Shown here: positions 37,138-52,070 of the stretch, in pieces | Layout of the letters: every line of letters starts with the position of its first letter | How positions within the stretch are numbered: position 1 is the first letter of the stretch | Notes under the pieces: generated by a model | Told to the model about the DNA's origin: nothing | Seen by the model: only the letters and a program-made list of their open reading frames with translations | Databases searched by the model: none | Assembly (NCBI RefSeq): GCF_028641065.1 | Contig: NC_073389.1 | Location: forward strand, 40,486,001-40,550,000 | Source of the DNA: Leucoraja erinacea | Lineage: Eukaryota | Reading direction: 5' to 3' | DNA: 64,000 nt | Position numbers and translations under genes: made by a program

Positions 37138-37420
37138 CTTAGTTTAGTTTAGTTTTTAGAGATTCAGTGTGGAAACTGGCCCTTCGACCCACTGAGTCCA
37201 CACTGACCATCGATCACACATTTAATGAGTTCTTTGTTATCTCACTTTCGCATCCACTCCCCACACATTTGGGGCAATTTACAGAGGCAAATTAACCTAC
37301 AGACCCACGCATCTTTGGGACATGGGAGGCACGGAGGAATCCCACACGGTCACAGGGTGATTGTGCAAACTCCACTCGGCCAACACCTGAGGTCAGGATC
37401 GAACCTGGATTTCTGGCACT
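37138..37420 (-). mobile_element. V-SINE (HE1-like)
   Basis: (TAAAC)n tail, V-domain and B-box on the minus strand. Confidence 0.7.
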
Positions 37421-38122
37421 TTCAGACGTTACTGAAGTCTCATTAGCATACTGATGTGAGTTGAAGATTAATGAACAAACACTTACCTGAATGTAAGAGT
37501 AAACATTTCATTGTTGGGTTTGGGGCAATGGAGGGCTGAAGGGCCTAGTGGATGGTCCCTAGCTGTTCATATTCAATTTCAATGATTTTGGTGAGGAGAC
37601 TGAGTGCAATATATCCAGGTTTACTGATGATGATGCGAGTTGTGAGAAGAATGCAAAGAAGTGTCAGGGGGATATCAACATGCTATTCTGTTGGCAAGTT
37701 CGTGGCAGATGGAGTATAAAGTGAAAAAAATTAGATCATTCTGTTTGATAAACAAATAGAAAGAGTTTTCTAATGGTGAGAGATTGAAAACTCAGTGTTT
37801 AGTGGTATCTGCATGAGAATTAATGACCTTGCAGAGGACGGTTAATATTTTAAGTTGACGTGAGTTGAACTAATATTTGCATATACTTTGCCTCGATTTT
37901 TAATTTCTAATATTATTTCCAGTTTTATTTATCATACACAATTATTATGGCTTCTCAAATTTTCATATAAAGAATATTACTTATTTTTACATACACATTT
38001 TAGTCCTAATAAGTGGCCTTATTGGACTAAATTCCCTTCCAGTACTTCCAAGTCAGCCAGTGCTAAGATTTTGTAACATTTTTCTACTGATGTATTTGTA
38101 CAAACACAACCTGAATTATTGA

Positions 38123-38587
<465 letters not shown>

Positions 38588-39042
38588 TAAGGATAGGCAG
38601 AGGTGAAGAGATGCAGTTTGACCATCCGAAGAAACAGTTATGGAATGTATCTGAATAAACTGTTAACCTTATTTTAGAGCTTTGTTTATTTTGCAATAAC
38701 TACTGTTATCATGTGGCGATGAAAGCAAAATGCAAATGGGATAACTAACTGTTTCTGATCAACACAATCATAACTATGACCTGGTTTTGCAGTTCCTCTG
38801 TATTGTTTTGTACTAAGCCATACAGACCAGAAAAAAGTACTTATGATTCTCAAGGGGCTAGTAGAATCAAGGGATATGGGGAGAAGGCAGGCACAGGTTA
38901 TTGATTTGGGACAATCAGCCATGATCACAATGAATGGCGATGCTGGTTTGAAGGGCCGAATGGCCTCATCCTGCACCTATTTTCTATGTTTCTATGTATA
39001 GATTAAGCCAGTCACAACAATGAAAGAAATTGTAATGCTTTA

Positions 39043-39243
39043 AGGGCCTGTCCCACTTGGGCGTCATTTACGTGACATCATTTACGCGACATCATTTACG
39101 CATCATGGCGCACACGTCGTGATGTGCACATGATGCGCTCATGGTGCCTGGTGACATAGGCAGTCGCGCACGGCATCCCAGGATTTTGGGATGTACAAAA
39201 TCTTTGTGCGCCATCTGCATGACGCCCAAATGGGACAAGCCCT
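39043..39243. mobile_element. PIF/Harbinger-like MITE with the same TIR as 36313
   Basis: AGGGCCTGTCCCAC...TGGGACAAGCCCT; flanks TTA/TGA. Confidence 0.7.
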
Positions 39244-40552
39244 TGAGTTGACCTCACTTCAGTGGGCTGAAAGCAGTAGGAACAATCAGAACTAACAATT
39301 GTAATCCAGTGATTGTGTGAGAATGCATCAACTAGTCTGCGTAAACTTTCAAATAAAGAATGGATACATGGATGAGGCAGCTGTTTACATCCAAATGACA
39401 TCAATTTAGCGAGAGATTTATGTTCTTGCATCATTCTAACAGAACCCACACTCATTGACTGCTTTCCATATTTAAAATTTAATTTGTTAGATTAATACAT
39501 GCATGGCTATGCTCTCAATTTTATGTAAATGTAGCAAGTTCAATTGTTTTAACAGGTTAAAGCATGCTTTCCAATGAGTGCTTAAATTGTGTTGAGTCCC
39601 CAAAACGGCCACATGCATTGGCACAATGTTGATTTAATGTGCAATATTTCCTCCTCTTTTACCGAGGATAACTCTTGTTAGTGTGTAATTTGATGGCGTG
39701 ACTTGTTTCTAATCACTATACCCATTGTTCGTGTATAAATGTGAATAGTCACTGTAGAGAACTTCAGTTGAAAAGTGTATGTACCAAAAGGAATGCAGCA
39801 CATTACCAGAGCTTCAAAGAATGTGAGGAGGAATTCCATAAAATGGGGTTTTATCCGTTGTATATAATTGGATGGTTGAAATTTGGGGACCTTGAAAGAT
39901 ATTGAAAGGGGACAGAAACTCATTTCTACTAGCAGTGGCGTATGGGACAAAGGGACACAATCTGAAAATCAAAGCTATTCCATTCAAAAGTGACAGTAGG
40001 AATCTCATCTTGACCTAAAGGTTACTAGAAACATAGAAGAATAAGGGGGTTAAGGTAAGGAAGTAATTATACCAGGGAGGAACAACATTCAACCTACATT
40101 CCACAGAACCAGTAATTCATTCGCTCCCTTGCTCTAATCCTGAAATCATTGATCAAGTTTACTTTCACAACTGTCAGAGGCAGCAAGTTCCAGGCTATTA
40201 CTATTCACTGTATAAAATGTTCTTCATGATTATTCAAATCCTTATTTTGTGTTCTCCTTGTCTTCTGTCATAAACTGATGAGAAGAGTTTCTCTGTCCAC
40301 CTAAATCTGAACACATCTGGCAAATCTCTCTTCAAACTCCTTTGTTCAACTTACGATCTCCAGCTTTTTCAACCTAACCTTGTAGCCCAACTACCTCATC
40401 ACCTAAACCTTCTGATAAATCTTTTCTACACTCTCTCAAGAACCCTCAGATCTTTTCAAAAGTGTAGGGCCTGGTACTGGGCACACTGTTCTTGATTGTG
40501 ATCCAACTGAAACTTAGTAGTGTTGAACGTAGCCTCTCCTTTTGTACTTTTG

Positions 40553-40880
40553 TTCCCGATGTTGGGGAGGTTCAGAACAAGGGGTCACAGTTTAAGGATA
40601 AGGGGGAAATCTTTTGGGACCAAGATGAGAAAAACATTTTTCACACAGAGTGGCGAATCTCTGGAATTTTCTACCACAGAAGGTAGTTGAGGCCAGTTCA
40701 TTGGCTATATTTAAGAGGGAGTTAGATGTGGCCCTTGTGGCTAAAGGTATCGGGGATATGGAGAGAAGGCAAATACAGGATACTGAGTTGGATGATCAGC
40801 CATGATCATATTGAATGGCAGTGCAGGCTCGAAGGGCTGAATGGCCTACTCCTGCACCTGTTTTCTATGTTTCTATGTTT
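40553..40880 (+). mobile_element. CR1-type LINE 3' end
   Basis: Degenerate ORF2 end plus the conserved tail ending ttttctatgtttctatg. Confidence 0.8.
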
Positions 40881-41842
40881 CAACACCAACATTTCTAAAC
40901 CACAAAATCACACATGCTTTGCCAAGTACTCTCTCAATAGGTTCTGTAAATTTCAAAAACTATGCACATAAAAATCATAGATACCGTACCGAAACAGGCC
41001 TTTTAGCCCAACAAATTCATGCTGACGATCAAACATCCATTTTCCTTTAATAATCCCATTTTATAATTCTCCCTACATTTTCATCATGATTCTGCCGCTC
41101 GTATAAAAATTCAGGGCAATTTTCAATTGCCATCTAACCTACAAACATGCGCACCTTTGGGGTGTAGGAGGAAACTGGAGCACCAGAGGGACAACATGCA
41201 AATCTCACAGAGATGCAGTAATGTTTGAAACCGGGTAACTGTACTATGGGGCTATGACTCCAATAATTGCACCACTGTGCCGTCTATAAACCCTCAGTTC
41301 ATCTGTAACTGTGCTCTTATGAATTATGTGTCATTTCGATACTCCATCCATAAAAATGCATGCTTTTCCCTATGAATTTTCCTTTGCTACTGTTAACCTC
41401 GGGCTGAATGGCCCATTTATGTTCCAGTGCCATGGAATTGTACCCCAGTCTGGTGCACCTTCAGGAAAAATGAACTGAATGGAAATTAAACACATTTTAG
41501 AAAATGTTGTTTGGTCAAATGAAATGCTTTTTAAATCTGCTAAAACAAGGAACTGCAAATGGTGGGTTACAAAAAAAGCGACACAAAGTGCTGGAATAAC
41601 TCAGCGGGTCAGGCATCATCTCTGGAGGTCAAGGATAGGTGACATTTTGCATCCGGACCCTTCTTCAGAATCACAGTGGTCAGGGGCGGAGTGGAAAAAG
41701 AAGTGTAAATTTGGTGTATTGTGATGTAATGAAGCTAAGGGTATTATGGTTCCCATCTCTGCAACCTGGTACAGTGCTAACACGTAAATGATTTGAAGAG
41801 GGGAAGTTATGAACTTAGCTACAGTTGTTTAATAGGAAGTAC

Positions 41843-42375
41843 AGAGGTTCACGTGCACCTCCTCTAACCTCATCTACTGTATCAGGGGTCAACCTCTCTA
41901 CATCGGTGAGACTAAGCGCAGGCTCGGCAATCGCTCCGCTCAGCCCGTCTTAACTTACCTGATCTCCTGGTTGCGCACCACTTCAACTACCCCTCCCATT
42001 CCCAATCTGACCTTTCTGTCCTGGGCCTCCTCCATTGTCAGAGCGAAGCCCAGCGCAAATTGGAGGAGCAGCACCTCATATTTCACTTGGGTAGTTTACA
42101 CCCCAACGGTATGAACATTGACTTCTCTAACTTCAAATAGCCCTTGCTTTCCCTCTCTATCCCCTCCCCTTCCCAGTTCTCCCACCAGTCTTACTGTCTC
42201 CAACTACATTCTATCTTTGTCCCTCCCACTCCCTTGACATCAGTCTGAAGAAGGGTCTCGACCTGAAACGTCACCCATTCCTTCTCTCCAGAGATGCTGC
42301 CTGTCCTGCTGAGTTATTCCAGCATTTTGTGTCTACCTTCAAATTAAACCGGCATCTGCAGTTCTTTCTTACACA
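41843..42375 (+). mobile_element. Penelope-like element 3' end: GIY-YIG endonuclease remnant plus terminal repeat with a hammerhead-like motif
   Basis: RFTCTSSNLIYCI...LYIGETKRRLG.R...HFN...LSVLGLLHCQSEAQRKLEEQHLIF.LGSLHP.GMNIDFSNF, followed by CTGAAGAAGGGTCTCGACCTGAAACGTC at 42245. Confidence 0.88.
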
Positions 42376-43504
42376 TTTCAACATACTAAGCATGCCTTTG
42401 ATTATTGCCAGCAGTCTCACTCAATTTAGAAGTCTGTGAGTGCAAGACCCATAATAGAGGCCTAAATACATAATTTCCAGTGCAGCACTGAAGAATTGCT
42501 GCAATGTCGAAAGTGGCATATTTCTGATGATGCATTAAATCCACAAGGTCAGTTGAAGTTGATCGAGAAGGTGCCATGACACGAATTGCAGTAAAATACT
42601 GACATGGTTGCAATATCCTCGCTGATGTCTATTTTTTATTGTACACCCAAAATAACACACTTTCCAACTACAACCAGGAAGACCAGAGCAGCTTTTCACT
42701 TCTCCCAAGAACACAGATCCAATTAATAAGCCCACTACTGATCTCCACTTTGCTGAATGTTCTCACATGGATGCTTCCAGTTGTAACTCCAATTACTTTC
42801 TCCATATAAAAAGTGTTGCTATTGGAAAATGTGTCGGTGAATTTATGGGATTATATGAACATTCTTTGGCCCAATCCATACTTGGATCCCCTCCTGTTCC
42901 CTTGCATTAATTAATTTCATACCTTTTGGTTACAATTTCCATCCTGCTTCACCTTTGCTTGATCTTTTTCTGATTGTTCTCTTCCTTTTCTGTGATACAA
43001 AATGACCACAGGCCTCGCTAATAAACATTTTTGTCCTGTGAACGAATAAAGGTTAAATTTAAGGATATAGGCCACCAGTTCATTGATTCCTACAACTATC
43101 TTGACTATTCTTCCTTTACACACTTCATCTTGTGAGGACTCTATTCAGCCCTCCTGGTTTCCTTACCTCCTGGTATTTGTATCGGAAAATGCTACCTTCC
43201 ATGCCAGTGCTTCCAAGATATCTTCCTATTTCTCAAACATTGTTTCTCCCCTCTATCATATTCAGGGCTCCCAACCATATTTATCTTTCTTTGCACCATC
43301 TCCAGTCCCAATCTTTTCCGATCTTAATATCTATCGATATTGATTGCCAGTTCAGATGGAAGGTTATTAAACTAAAATTCAATGTGTGTGAATTATCTGT
43401 GTTGCCTCTATTACGATTGTTACTGCATTCTAAAAGCAGTACCATGTGAATGCAAAACATTTTTTATATGCTGCTTTTACATTTTAACTGGTTCTTCGTT
43501 TCAG

Positions 43505-43610
43505 ATTTCACTCAATGTGGCAGGGAAAGTAGGTAGTCTGGGATCATGGGATGGATCTCTGGACCTGCCAGAACAAACATTCATTCAAGAAGATTGCCAA
43601 AGGCTCATAG
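43505..43610 (+). CDS. TBC1D23: TBC1D23 exon 3 (ISLNVAGKVGSLGSWDGSLDLPEQ...)
   Basis: Peptide similarity; ttcag acceptor; G|GTAATT donor. Confidence 0.95.
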
Positions 43611-43939
43611 GTAATTAAGCAACTATTGTGAAGCGTGGAATGTTTGCCTATGTTATTGTTTATAACAACCCGCATCAAACATGGCATTCCAGCAGGATGA
43701 CAAGGGGAATGTTGAGGTGTATGATGCAGGATGCCATCAAAGCTGAAACCAATACATTTAAAATCTAAAAAAATGATGATTGGTCATGTTAACCTTCAGT
43801 TTTAAAACCTGAAAGATATTGGAGAAATAAAAGTTTGCAATGCAAAGCTCATTCAAAGTCTGCCCTATGCAAATGACTGAAAGAATTCTGAATTTCATTC
43901 CTTAGCTCTTTCCTAAATCTTACATTTGTTTATAGATAT

Positions 43940-44780
43940 AGATAGATAGATATGCCATTTATTGTCACTATACATGTACAGTGAAACTGAAAGCTGCTCG
44001 TACTCAGTGCATACATACAATTTTACAAAAAAAACAAGAAACAGAAAAACAAAACAGAAGGGAGATGGGGGGGGGGGGGGGGGGGGGGGGGGGGGATGGG
44101 GGGGGGGGGAATAGGTGCACAAATTCTACGGCGCTACATACATATATACATATATACAGATGGAAGTCCGTGTTGGGCGGTGTAGTCAGTGCATGTGTGG
44201 ATTTGAATTTATGGTAGATATAATTCTCGGGAAGCAGCTATTCCTGAGTCTGTTGTCCTGGATTTGATGCACCGATAGCGCCTTCCAGAGGGCAGCAGGT
44301 CGAACAGTCCAAACGCAGGATGGGAGCTGTCTTTGGTGATCTTCTTTGCCCTGCTAAGGCAGCGGGAGGGTGTAGATGTCCATCAGGGAGGGGGAGAGGG
44401 CAAACCAATGATCCTCTGCGCTTTCCTGCATCCAAGCCCCATAAATTAGATGAAATGCTGCTGTCGTGTGGAGATCCACCTATGACCCTTCCACACACTC
44501 GCCGTTAATGTGTAGGGGGACTAAGTCGGTGCTGTGCCTCCTGAAGTCGACAATGAGCTCTTTTGTTTTCCTGGTGTTCAGAGCCAGATTGTTTTCTGAG
44601 CACCAGGTTGTCAACTTCAGGACTTCCTCTCTGTAGGCTGCCTCGTCTCCCTTTGAAATAAGTCCGACCACAGTAGTGTCGTCAGCAAATTTGACGATGC
44701 GGTTGTTGTTGTGGGCCGGACTACAGTCGTAGGTGTAGAGACAGTATAAGAGGGGGCTTAGCACACAGCCCTGTGGGGTT
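43940..44780 (-). mobile_element. Rex1/Babar-type LINE fragment, internally deleted; poly-G run at 44066-44109
   Basis: PQGCVLSPLLY.LYTYDC...IVKFADDTTVVGLI...W..ENNL.LNT.KTKELIVDFRR. Confidence 0.85.
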
Positions 44781-46675
44781 TACTTTGGACATGTAACTTT
44801 GCAGCACCCCATTCTGCATCTTCACTGTATCTGTGCTTCCATGTTGCTTGTTTAGCATCCAATCCCTAAATTAGATGAAATTGGCTCCGTCCACCTATGT
44901 TTCAATTTGAAAATTACTATGTGTGCAATTCTGTTCATATCCTCATCATTTTACATTTCTCCATTTTTTTGCCTTTGTTCGTTCTGCTATTGTGATTAAA
45001 ACTTTAGCCACCCCAGAGTTGAGAATCTCTCCCTTAGTCGCTTGTGTATTCCAATTTTAAGGCTCCTAAGAAATTACTTCTTCAACTTCTTTGTCTTAAG
45101 AATGCTTTTCGTAGTTCAGCATCAGTTTAGGTCGAATTACACCCCTGTGAAGTGCTTTGAGACAGTTTATTGCAGTATCTTTTTATAGTACTAATTGAAG
45201 TACTTGATGGAATTTGCTTCAGTGATTCATTTGCCACTAACTAGGGAGCAGGTTCAATGAGAATTTTTTTTACAGAATTTGGCAGAAAAATGGTTGATAT
45301 TTTCCCTGCATGATTATGACGGAGTTCAATTCCTGACAACTAATTGTCACCTGAGCTATTTGTATGTTGGAAATGAACAAAATCTCTGCAGGAGAGGATC
45401 CTGGAAACAACTGTGATGGAAGAGTGAGCAGATGCGGGAAGAACAGCCGCCGGCTGGTTTCCCTGACGAGTGAATCTGCTTGGCTCGACCCAACCCGCGA
45501 TTGTGGTTGGCTCTGTGGGGGGATGGGGAAAGAAGGCACGTGAAAATTCTCCATTCCCCTGGCAAAAGATGCCTGTAGCACTGCAGAGCCAGCTAATACA
45601 TCCCCATCCATCCTGTTGGTTCCCAAACACGCTAGTGCATGTACAAGTTGCATGGCGTTCATAATCCATATTGGGCACTCAGGATATAGATGAGAAAAAC
45701 TATCTTCACCCATAAGGTCGTTTTTGAAAACATTACCTGAGATGGATAAAAAGGTTCAGTCACTGATTACATTCAGGAAGGAGATCCAAGGATTTGGGGA
45801 TGTTAATTAATAGAATCAAGAGATTTGGATTAGTGACGTATTGGTGCTGAGGTAAAAGATCAGAAATGGCCTTATTGAATTAAGGAACTGGTGGAAGAGG
45901 CCAAATAGCCTACTCGTGCTCGTTTATTATAAAGGTGTCTTTGCTAACAACAATCTGAATTAGTAGTGGGAATTCATTGAAAGTTCTTGTTCCTGCAATA
46001 TGTATAAGCAATTGGTGTTTTTTGCATGGGTATGTGACAGCGGCAATTTGCAATAATGTTGATTGTGTGTACAATAAAATGTCTTAAGGCACTTTAAAAG
46101 AGTATTGTAAAACAAAATTTGACTAAGCCACGTAGGAAAAAGTTAGCAGAGAAACACATAGTTCGAAGAGCATACTTAAATCGGAACTTGGGCCAATAGG
46201 AATTCATGGTTTAAGGGTTAAGCAGCCATGGGCAGTTTAAATGACTTGTTGGTACTAACTTCCCTCATTAATAATACAAAATGACATAAAGTACCAGAGG
46301 ACAATGTCAGAAATGTACACAAGAAATCTGGCTTAGTGCCAGAACAGTTGATATGACATAATGGCTAAGGAGAAAGGTGAATTTCAAACGAAGCAGAGAT
46401 TTCCGCCATAATGTGTTATGATGATAAAAAACCATCAGCATTACAATTAATGCAGGCACATCTTTCTTATGCACTTTCAGCTTTGAAGCAGAAGTTCAGT
46501 ATACAATGCAGCATTAAAGAAATCTTCATATGAGTAGCTCCCATCCTGTAAGATCTATAGATTATGGATTTCAAAATTAGTGGTTTCAAATGTCCTTTTA
46601 AAATAAAAAATACATCCAATATTTCAGTTTCAGAAATCTCATGCAATGTTCCCATAAATACTAATACATTTTTGA

Positions 46676-46912
<237 letters not shown>

Positions 46913-47524
46913 TAAGGAAATGTCTATGATGCCTGAATTAATCACCATTCATTACAGCTTGTGGAAATGATGTCTCTACTCTATAATCAATAAACTGCAG
47001 CTAATGGAAATCTGATATATAAACAAAGTGCTGGAAATACTCCGTGGGTTAGACAGGATTTGTGGAAAGAGAAACAGAGTTAATGTTTCTGTTTGATGCC
47101 CTTTCGTCAGAATGAAGAAAAGTTTATAAATCATATTTGTTTTATGTTGAAGGGACTGGGACTGGCATGTTTCCAAGGGCTTAGATGTGGTGGAATTTGT
47201 TAAATATGTTTAGGAAAGATTCCTCAGGCAATTTGTAGAAGTCCGGACAAGAGAGAGATCAAAGCTTGACTTGCATTAAGGGAATAGGGCAACACAGGTG
47301 ACTGAAGTGTCAGTGGGCCAGTCTTTTGGGACAAGCGAGCACAGTTTTATTGTTCTGGGATTGAGAAGCATACTTAACAAGGGTAACAGGAAGACAAAAA
47401 AGAGCAGAAGATGAGTCTAACAGATAAGATTAAGGAGAATCCAAAGAGATGTTCTAAGTTTATTCAGGGAAAAAGTACCACCAGAGAGAGAATATGGCCT
47501 CACATAAATCAGTGGTCTGTGTGA

Positions 47525-48050
47525 CAATAGGTGCAGGAGTATGCTATTTGGCCCTTCGAGCCAGCACCGCCATTCAATGTGATCATGGCTGATCATCCCC
47601 AATCAGTACCCCATTCCTGCCTTCTCCCCGTATCCCCTGACTCCGCTATCTTTAAGAGCCCTATCTAGCTCTCTCTTGAAAGTATCCAGAGAACTGGCCT
47701 CCACCGCACTCTGAGGCAGAGAATTCCACAGACTCACAACTCTCCGCGAGAAAAAATGTTTCCTCTTCTCCGTTCTAAAACTGTGACCCCTGGCTCCCCC
47801 AACGTTGGGAACATGTTTCCTGCCTTTAGCGTGTCCAAACCCTTAACAATCTTATATGTTTCAATAAGATATCCTCTCATCCTTCTAAACTCCAGAGTGT
47901 ACAAGCCCAGCCGCTCCATTCTCTCAGGATATGACAGTCCCGCCATCCCGGGAGTTAACCTTGTAAACCTACGCTGCACTCCCTCAATAGCAAGAATGTC
48001 CTTCCTCAAATTAGGGAACCAAAACTGCACACAATACTCCAGGTGTGGTC
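47525..48050 (-). mobile_element. CR1-type LINE 3' fragment
   Basis: [30 protein letters not shown]...LEFRRMRG.LIETYKI. Confidence 0.9.
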
Positions 48051-48312
48051 CCCTAATTTGAGTAAGGACATTCTTGCAACTGCAGGAGATGGGCAAAGTC
48101 CTCAATTAATAATGATCCTCTGTTGTTACCACAGATATGAAGATCAAGCAACCCTTCACTTGAAGGGTTGATGAGTCAACCCACTGAAATGTCTCTGCAC
48201 TGCCTAATTGCAAGCATGTCCTTCCTTAAACATAGAGATAAATAAATATTGCTCCATGTGTGGTCACAGCAGTGTCCTGTAATGTTGTATCAAAACCTCC
48301 CTCTTTGCAGTA

Positions 48313-48524
48313 ATAAGGAACTGCAGATGCTAGTTTAGATGATAGATAGAAAAATGCTGGAGTAACACAGCAGGTCAGGTAGCACCCCTGGAGAACATGG
48401 ATAGGCGACCTTTCGGTTTGGAACCCATCTTCAGACTGAAGAAGGGTTCTGACCTAAAACAACGCATATTTGTGTTCTCCATGAATGCTGCCTGACCCGC
48501 TGAGTTACTCTAGCAGCTTGTGTC
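48313..48524. mobile_element. Palindromic Penelope-derived short element
   Basis: Inverted arms centred on tcttcagActgaaga at 48435. Confidence 0.75.
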
Positions 48525-49846
48525 AGTTCTGTGTGGACAAAAATTGAAATAATGTTCCAGGTTGATTTTGCCAGTTCTGATCCAAACTGAAAGGCTGGTT
48601 ACCTCAAATTGTTGTATTCAATGCTGAGCGCTGAACTCTGTGACATGCTTAGTTGGAAAATTGACCTTATAGATTGGCTTTATAGATCAATATCAGAGGC
48701 CAAAGATAAAGTGGGGTATAAAGCTTAAGGCAACCCGTAACTCAGTCGTCCTTGTATGCACACATGGAGATGTTCTGTAAAGCCAATCAGCACTTGATGT
48801 CTCCAATGTAGAGGGGATATGATAAATTGTAAGAAATTTAAGCTTTTTTTTTGTTTAATCTGAATGGAATATTTGGGTCCCTGAATAGAGGGAAGAAAAG
48901 AGGTGAAGAACAGATGTTGCATGTCCAATAATTGCCTGGGAAGGTGCTGAGACAAAGAGAATGGGTTTTTGTTGGAGATAAAAGAATGAATTGGTGTGTT
49001 TGGAAAAAAAATCCTTTGGAACGTGAAAGCAGAGGAAATAATAAGTAAGACAATGGCACTGGGTTGAAGGTGCTGAAACGTATGTAGGATGGGTGATCTC
49101 ATCAATGCGGAAACTAATGAGAATAAAGGCTACTAATCTTGCTCTAGGTGGGAGATGAGGGGGTTGGAGCAGATGTGTGGAAAATGGAACGCACAAGTTG
49201 ACAGCCAACAATGAGAGTTACAGTGAAGGAAAAGGAAAGGCCTCAGAAGCGCTTGTGTTTCATCAACAGAACAGATACAAAAACATTGGCGAACTCAGAA
49301 TTGATCAGAATCCTTTGTCTGCAGTTGGGTGGATGACCTCCATCCACCCAACTTCATACAAAGGATTCTGTTCAATTCTGTGCAACCAAGAGAACTCCCT
49401 GTGATGAAAGAAATTTCAAATGGGAGAAGGGCAAAGTCAAATATGGATTAAGGGAACAGAAGACACTAGATGAAGTCTTGAGCAAAACAGAAAGTGCTAG
49501 AGGAACTCAGCAGGTCAGCAAGAATCTGTGGAGGGAATGTTCTGGTCACTATCTCATACTGTCTATGTTGACGTAGTCTGAAGAAGGGTCCCAACCCAAA
49601 ACTCTCCACAGATGGACGATGTAAGAGCAGAGTGAAAATTATTACCGACGGTAATCGGATTGAACAGGTGTTGGAGACAGCACCAGTGCAGTCACCCATT
49701 CTGCCTTACAATGCTTATTATTTTTCCAGCATTTTAGAATATTTAATTGCTTTGTTTAGGATTGAACGAATCACATGTCCTGTATTTTCAGAAGTCCAGC
49801 TGGCATAATTAACCATGTACTAAATTGAACTTTGATTTGTTTTTGA

Positions 49847-50059
<213 letters not shown>

Positions 50060-50821
50060 TAACTATGTATCATAATTACTTAAATTCATGGAAGATGCAT
50101 CTCCACAAAAGCTGGTGTTTTTGATAGAATTCAATTAAATGAATTTGTTTTTCAATCTAGGTTCCCAACATCACAGAATCTTACAGCACAGAAACGGGTC
50201 CTTACAGCCACCCTAATGTCATGCTAATCCTGTTTGCTGGCATTAGGCTTCTCTCCCTCTTTTTTTTTCCAATCCGAGTACATATCCAAATGCCTTTAAA
50301 CCATTGCAACAATATCTGTCACCAATACGTCCTCTTGCAATTCATTCCAAATATTCACCACTCTTTGTGTGGAAACTTACGTTCAGATCTCTTTTGAATT
50401 TATGCTGTCTTACCTACACCTGTCCCCTTTTGTGCAAAACCTCCCTTTCTTGCAAAATAGATTCAGCCAATCTGTCCTAGCCCTCATTCTTTATATTTCT
50501 AAGCCATAATTTTGTAAAGCCCAGCTTCCTACTTTCCAATGAGAATAAACTCAGCCGATCCAATCTCTCTTTTGACAACAGCCCCCATTCCAGGCAATAT
50601 CATGCTGAATATCTTCTGCAGTAAGTCAGACAAATATTGGAATTGAATGAATTTTTGAAATGGGAAATTTTACCCCTCAAATTGTTTTGGTATAATTTTG
50701 TGACAATTTATTTACTACAGTTTATGATTTTCTAACTTAATAATTTGCTGGGTGGGTGGGTGACATATTTTGAACGGTTAGATAATTTAAAATGAGAAAT
50801 TATGAATTTTGTTTTTTTTTT

Positions 50822-52070
50822 AATGAATGAATGAATAAGTTTATTGGCCAAGTATGTACACATACAAGGAATTTGCCTTGGTGCTTTGCTTGCAAGTAAC
50901 AACACGACATACAGTAAACAATTGAGATTAATACATTAAAACATTAAGAATAAAACATTATAGGTTAAACATGTGAATGAAATAAAATACCAGAGCAAAA
51001 GGAGGCTACAGACTTTTGTTTATTGTGTAGAGCTACCGCTCATGGTAAAAACCAGTTTTTATGTCTGGCCGTGTCGGCTTTGACAGTCCGGAGTCGCTTT
51101 CCAGAGGGATGTGAATCAAAGAGTTTGTGGCCAGGGTGAGAGGGGTCAGAGATGATCTTACCCGCTCCCTTCCTGGCACTTGCAGTGTACAGTTCGTCAA
51201 TGAGGGGAAGGTTGCAGCCAACAAGCTTCTCAGCTGATCGAACGATTTGCTGCAACCTCCGGATGTCGTGCTTGGTGCCAAACCAGGTCATGACGGAGAA
51301 GGTGAGGACAGACTCAGGATGGCAGTATAGAATTGGACCATCGTTGCCTGCGGCAGATTGTGTTTCCTCAGCTGCCGCAGGAAGTACCCTCTGTTGGGCC
51401 TTTTTGACTGTGGAGTCGATGGTGGCACCTCATTTAAGGTCCTTGGAGATGATGATCCCAAGGAACTTAATAGACTCCACAGATGTGACTGTGGTGTTGT
51501 TGATGGTGAGGGGAGGGGGAGTTCTCCTAAAGTCTACTATCAATTCCACTGTCTAAAGAGAATTGAGCTCTGGGTTGTTACAAAGGCATCAGGACACCAG
51601 CTGTGTCACTTCCTGTCTGTAGGTAGATTCCCCATCCCGGATCCGTCTAATCAGGTTGTGTCATCCGCAAACTTGAGAAGCTTCACAGAGGAATCTGTGG
51701 AGGTGCAGTCATTGGTGTAGAGAGAGTAAAGGGGAGGGGAGATAATGCAGTCTTGCGGTGCTCCTGTGCTGAGGGTCTGCGGGTCTGAGATGTGCTTTCC
51801 CAGCCTCACATGCTGCATCCTGCCTGTCAGGATGTTGGTGATACACTGACAGAGGGGTTCAGGCACAGTCAACTGGGAGAGTTTGGAGTGTAGTAACTCT
51901 GGCACAATGGTGTTGAATGCAGAGCTAAAATCCACAAACAAAATCCTTCCATAGGTCCCCTGGCGGTTTAGGTGCTGGAGGATGAAGTGCAGGCCAGGTT
52001 GACTGCGTTATCCACTGATCTGTTGGCCCGGTATGCAAACTGCAGAAGGTCCAGCAGGGGGTTTGTGATA
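50822..52070 (-). mobile_element. Rex1/Babar-type LINE, 3' 1.2 kb with RT and a (CATT)n tail
   Basis: FVDFSSAFNTI.P..L..KL...GAPQ.C.ISP.LYSLYTNDC...KLLKFADDTT. Confidence 0.9.

Noticed and set aside
44066-44109. Long poly-G tract as a G-quadruplex regulatory element
   Set aside because: Part of a LINE 3' UTR; homopolymer length is unreliable in assemblies
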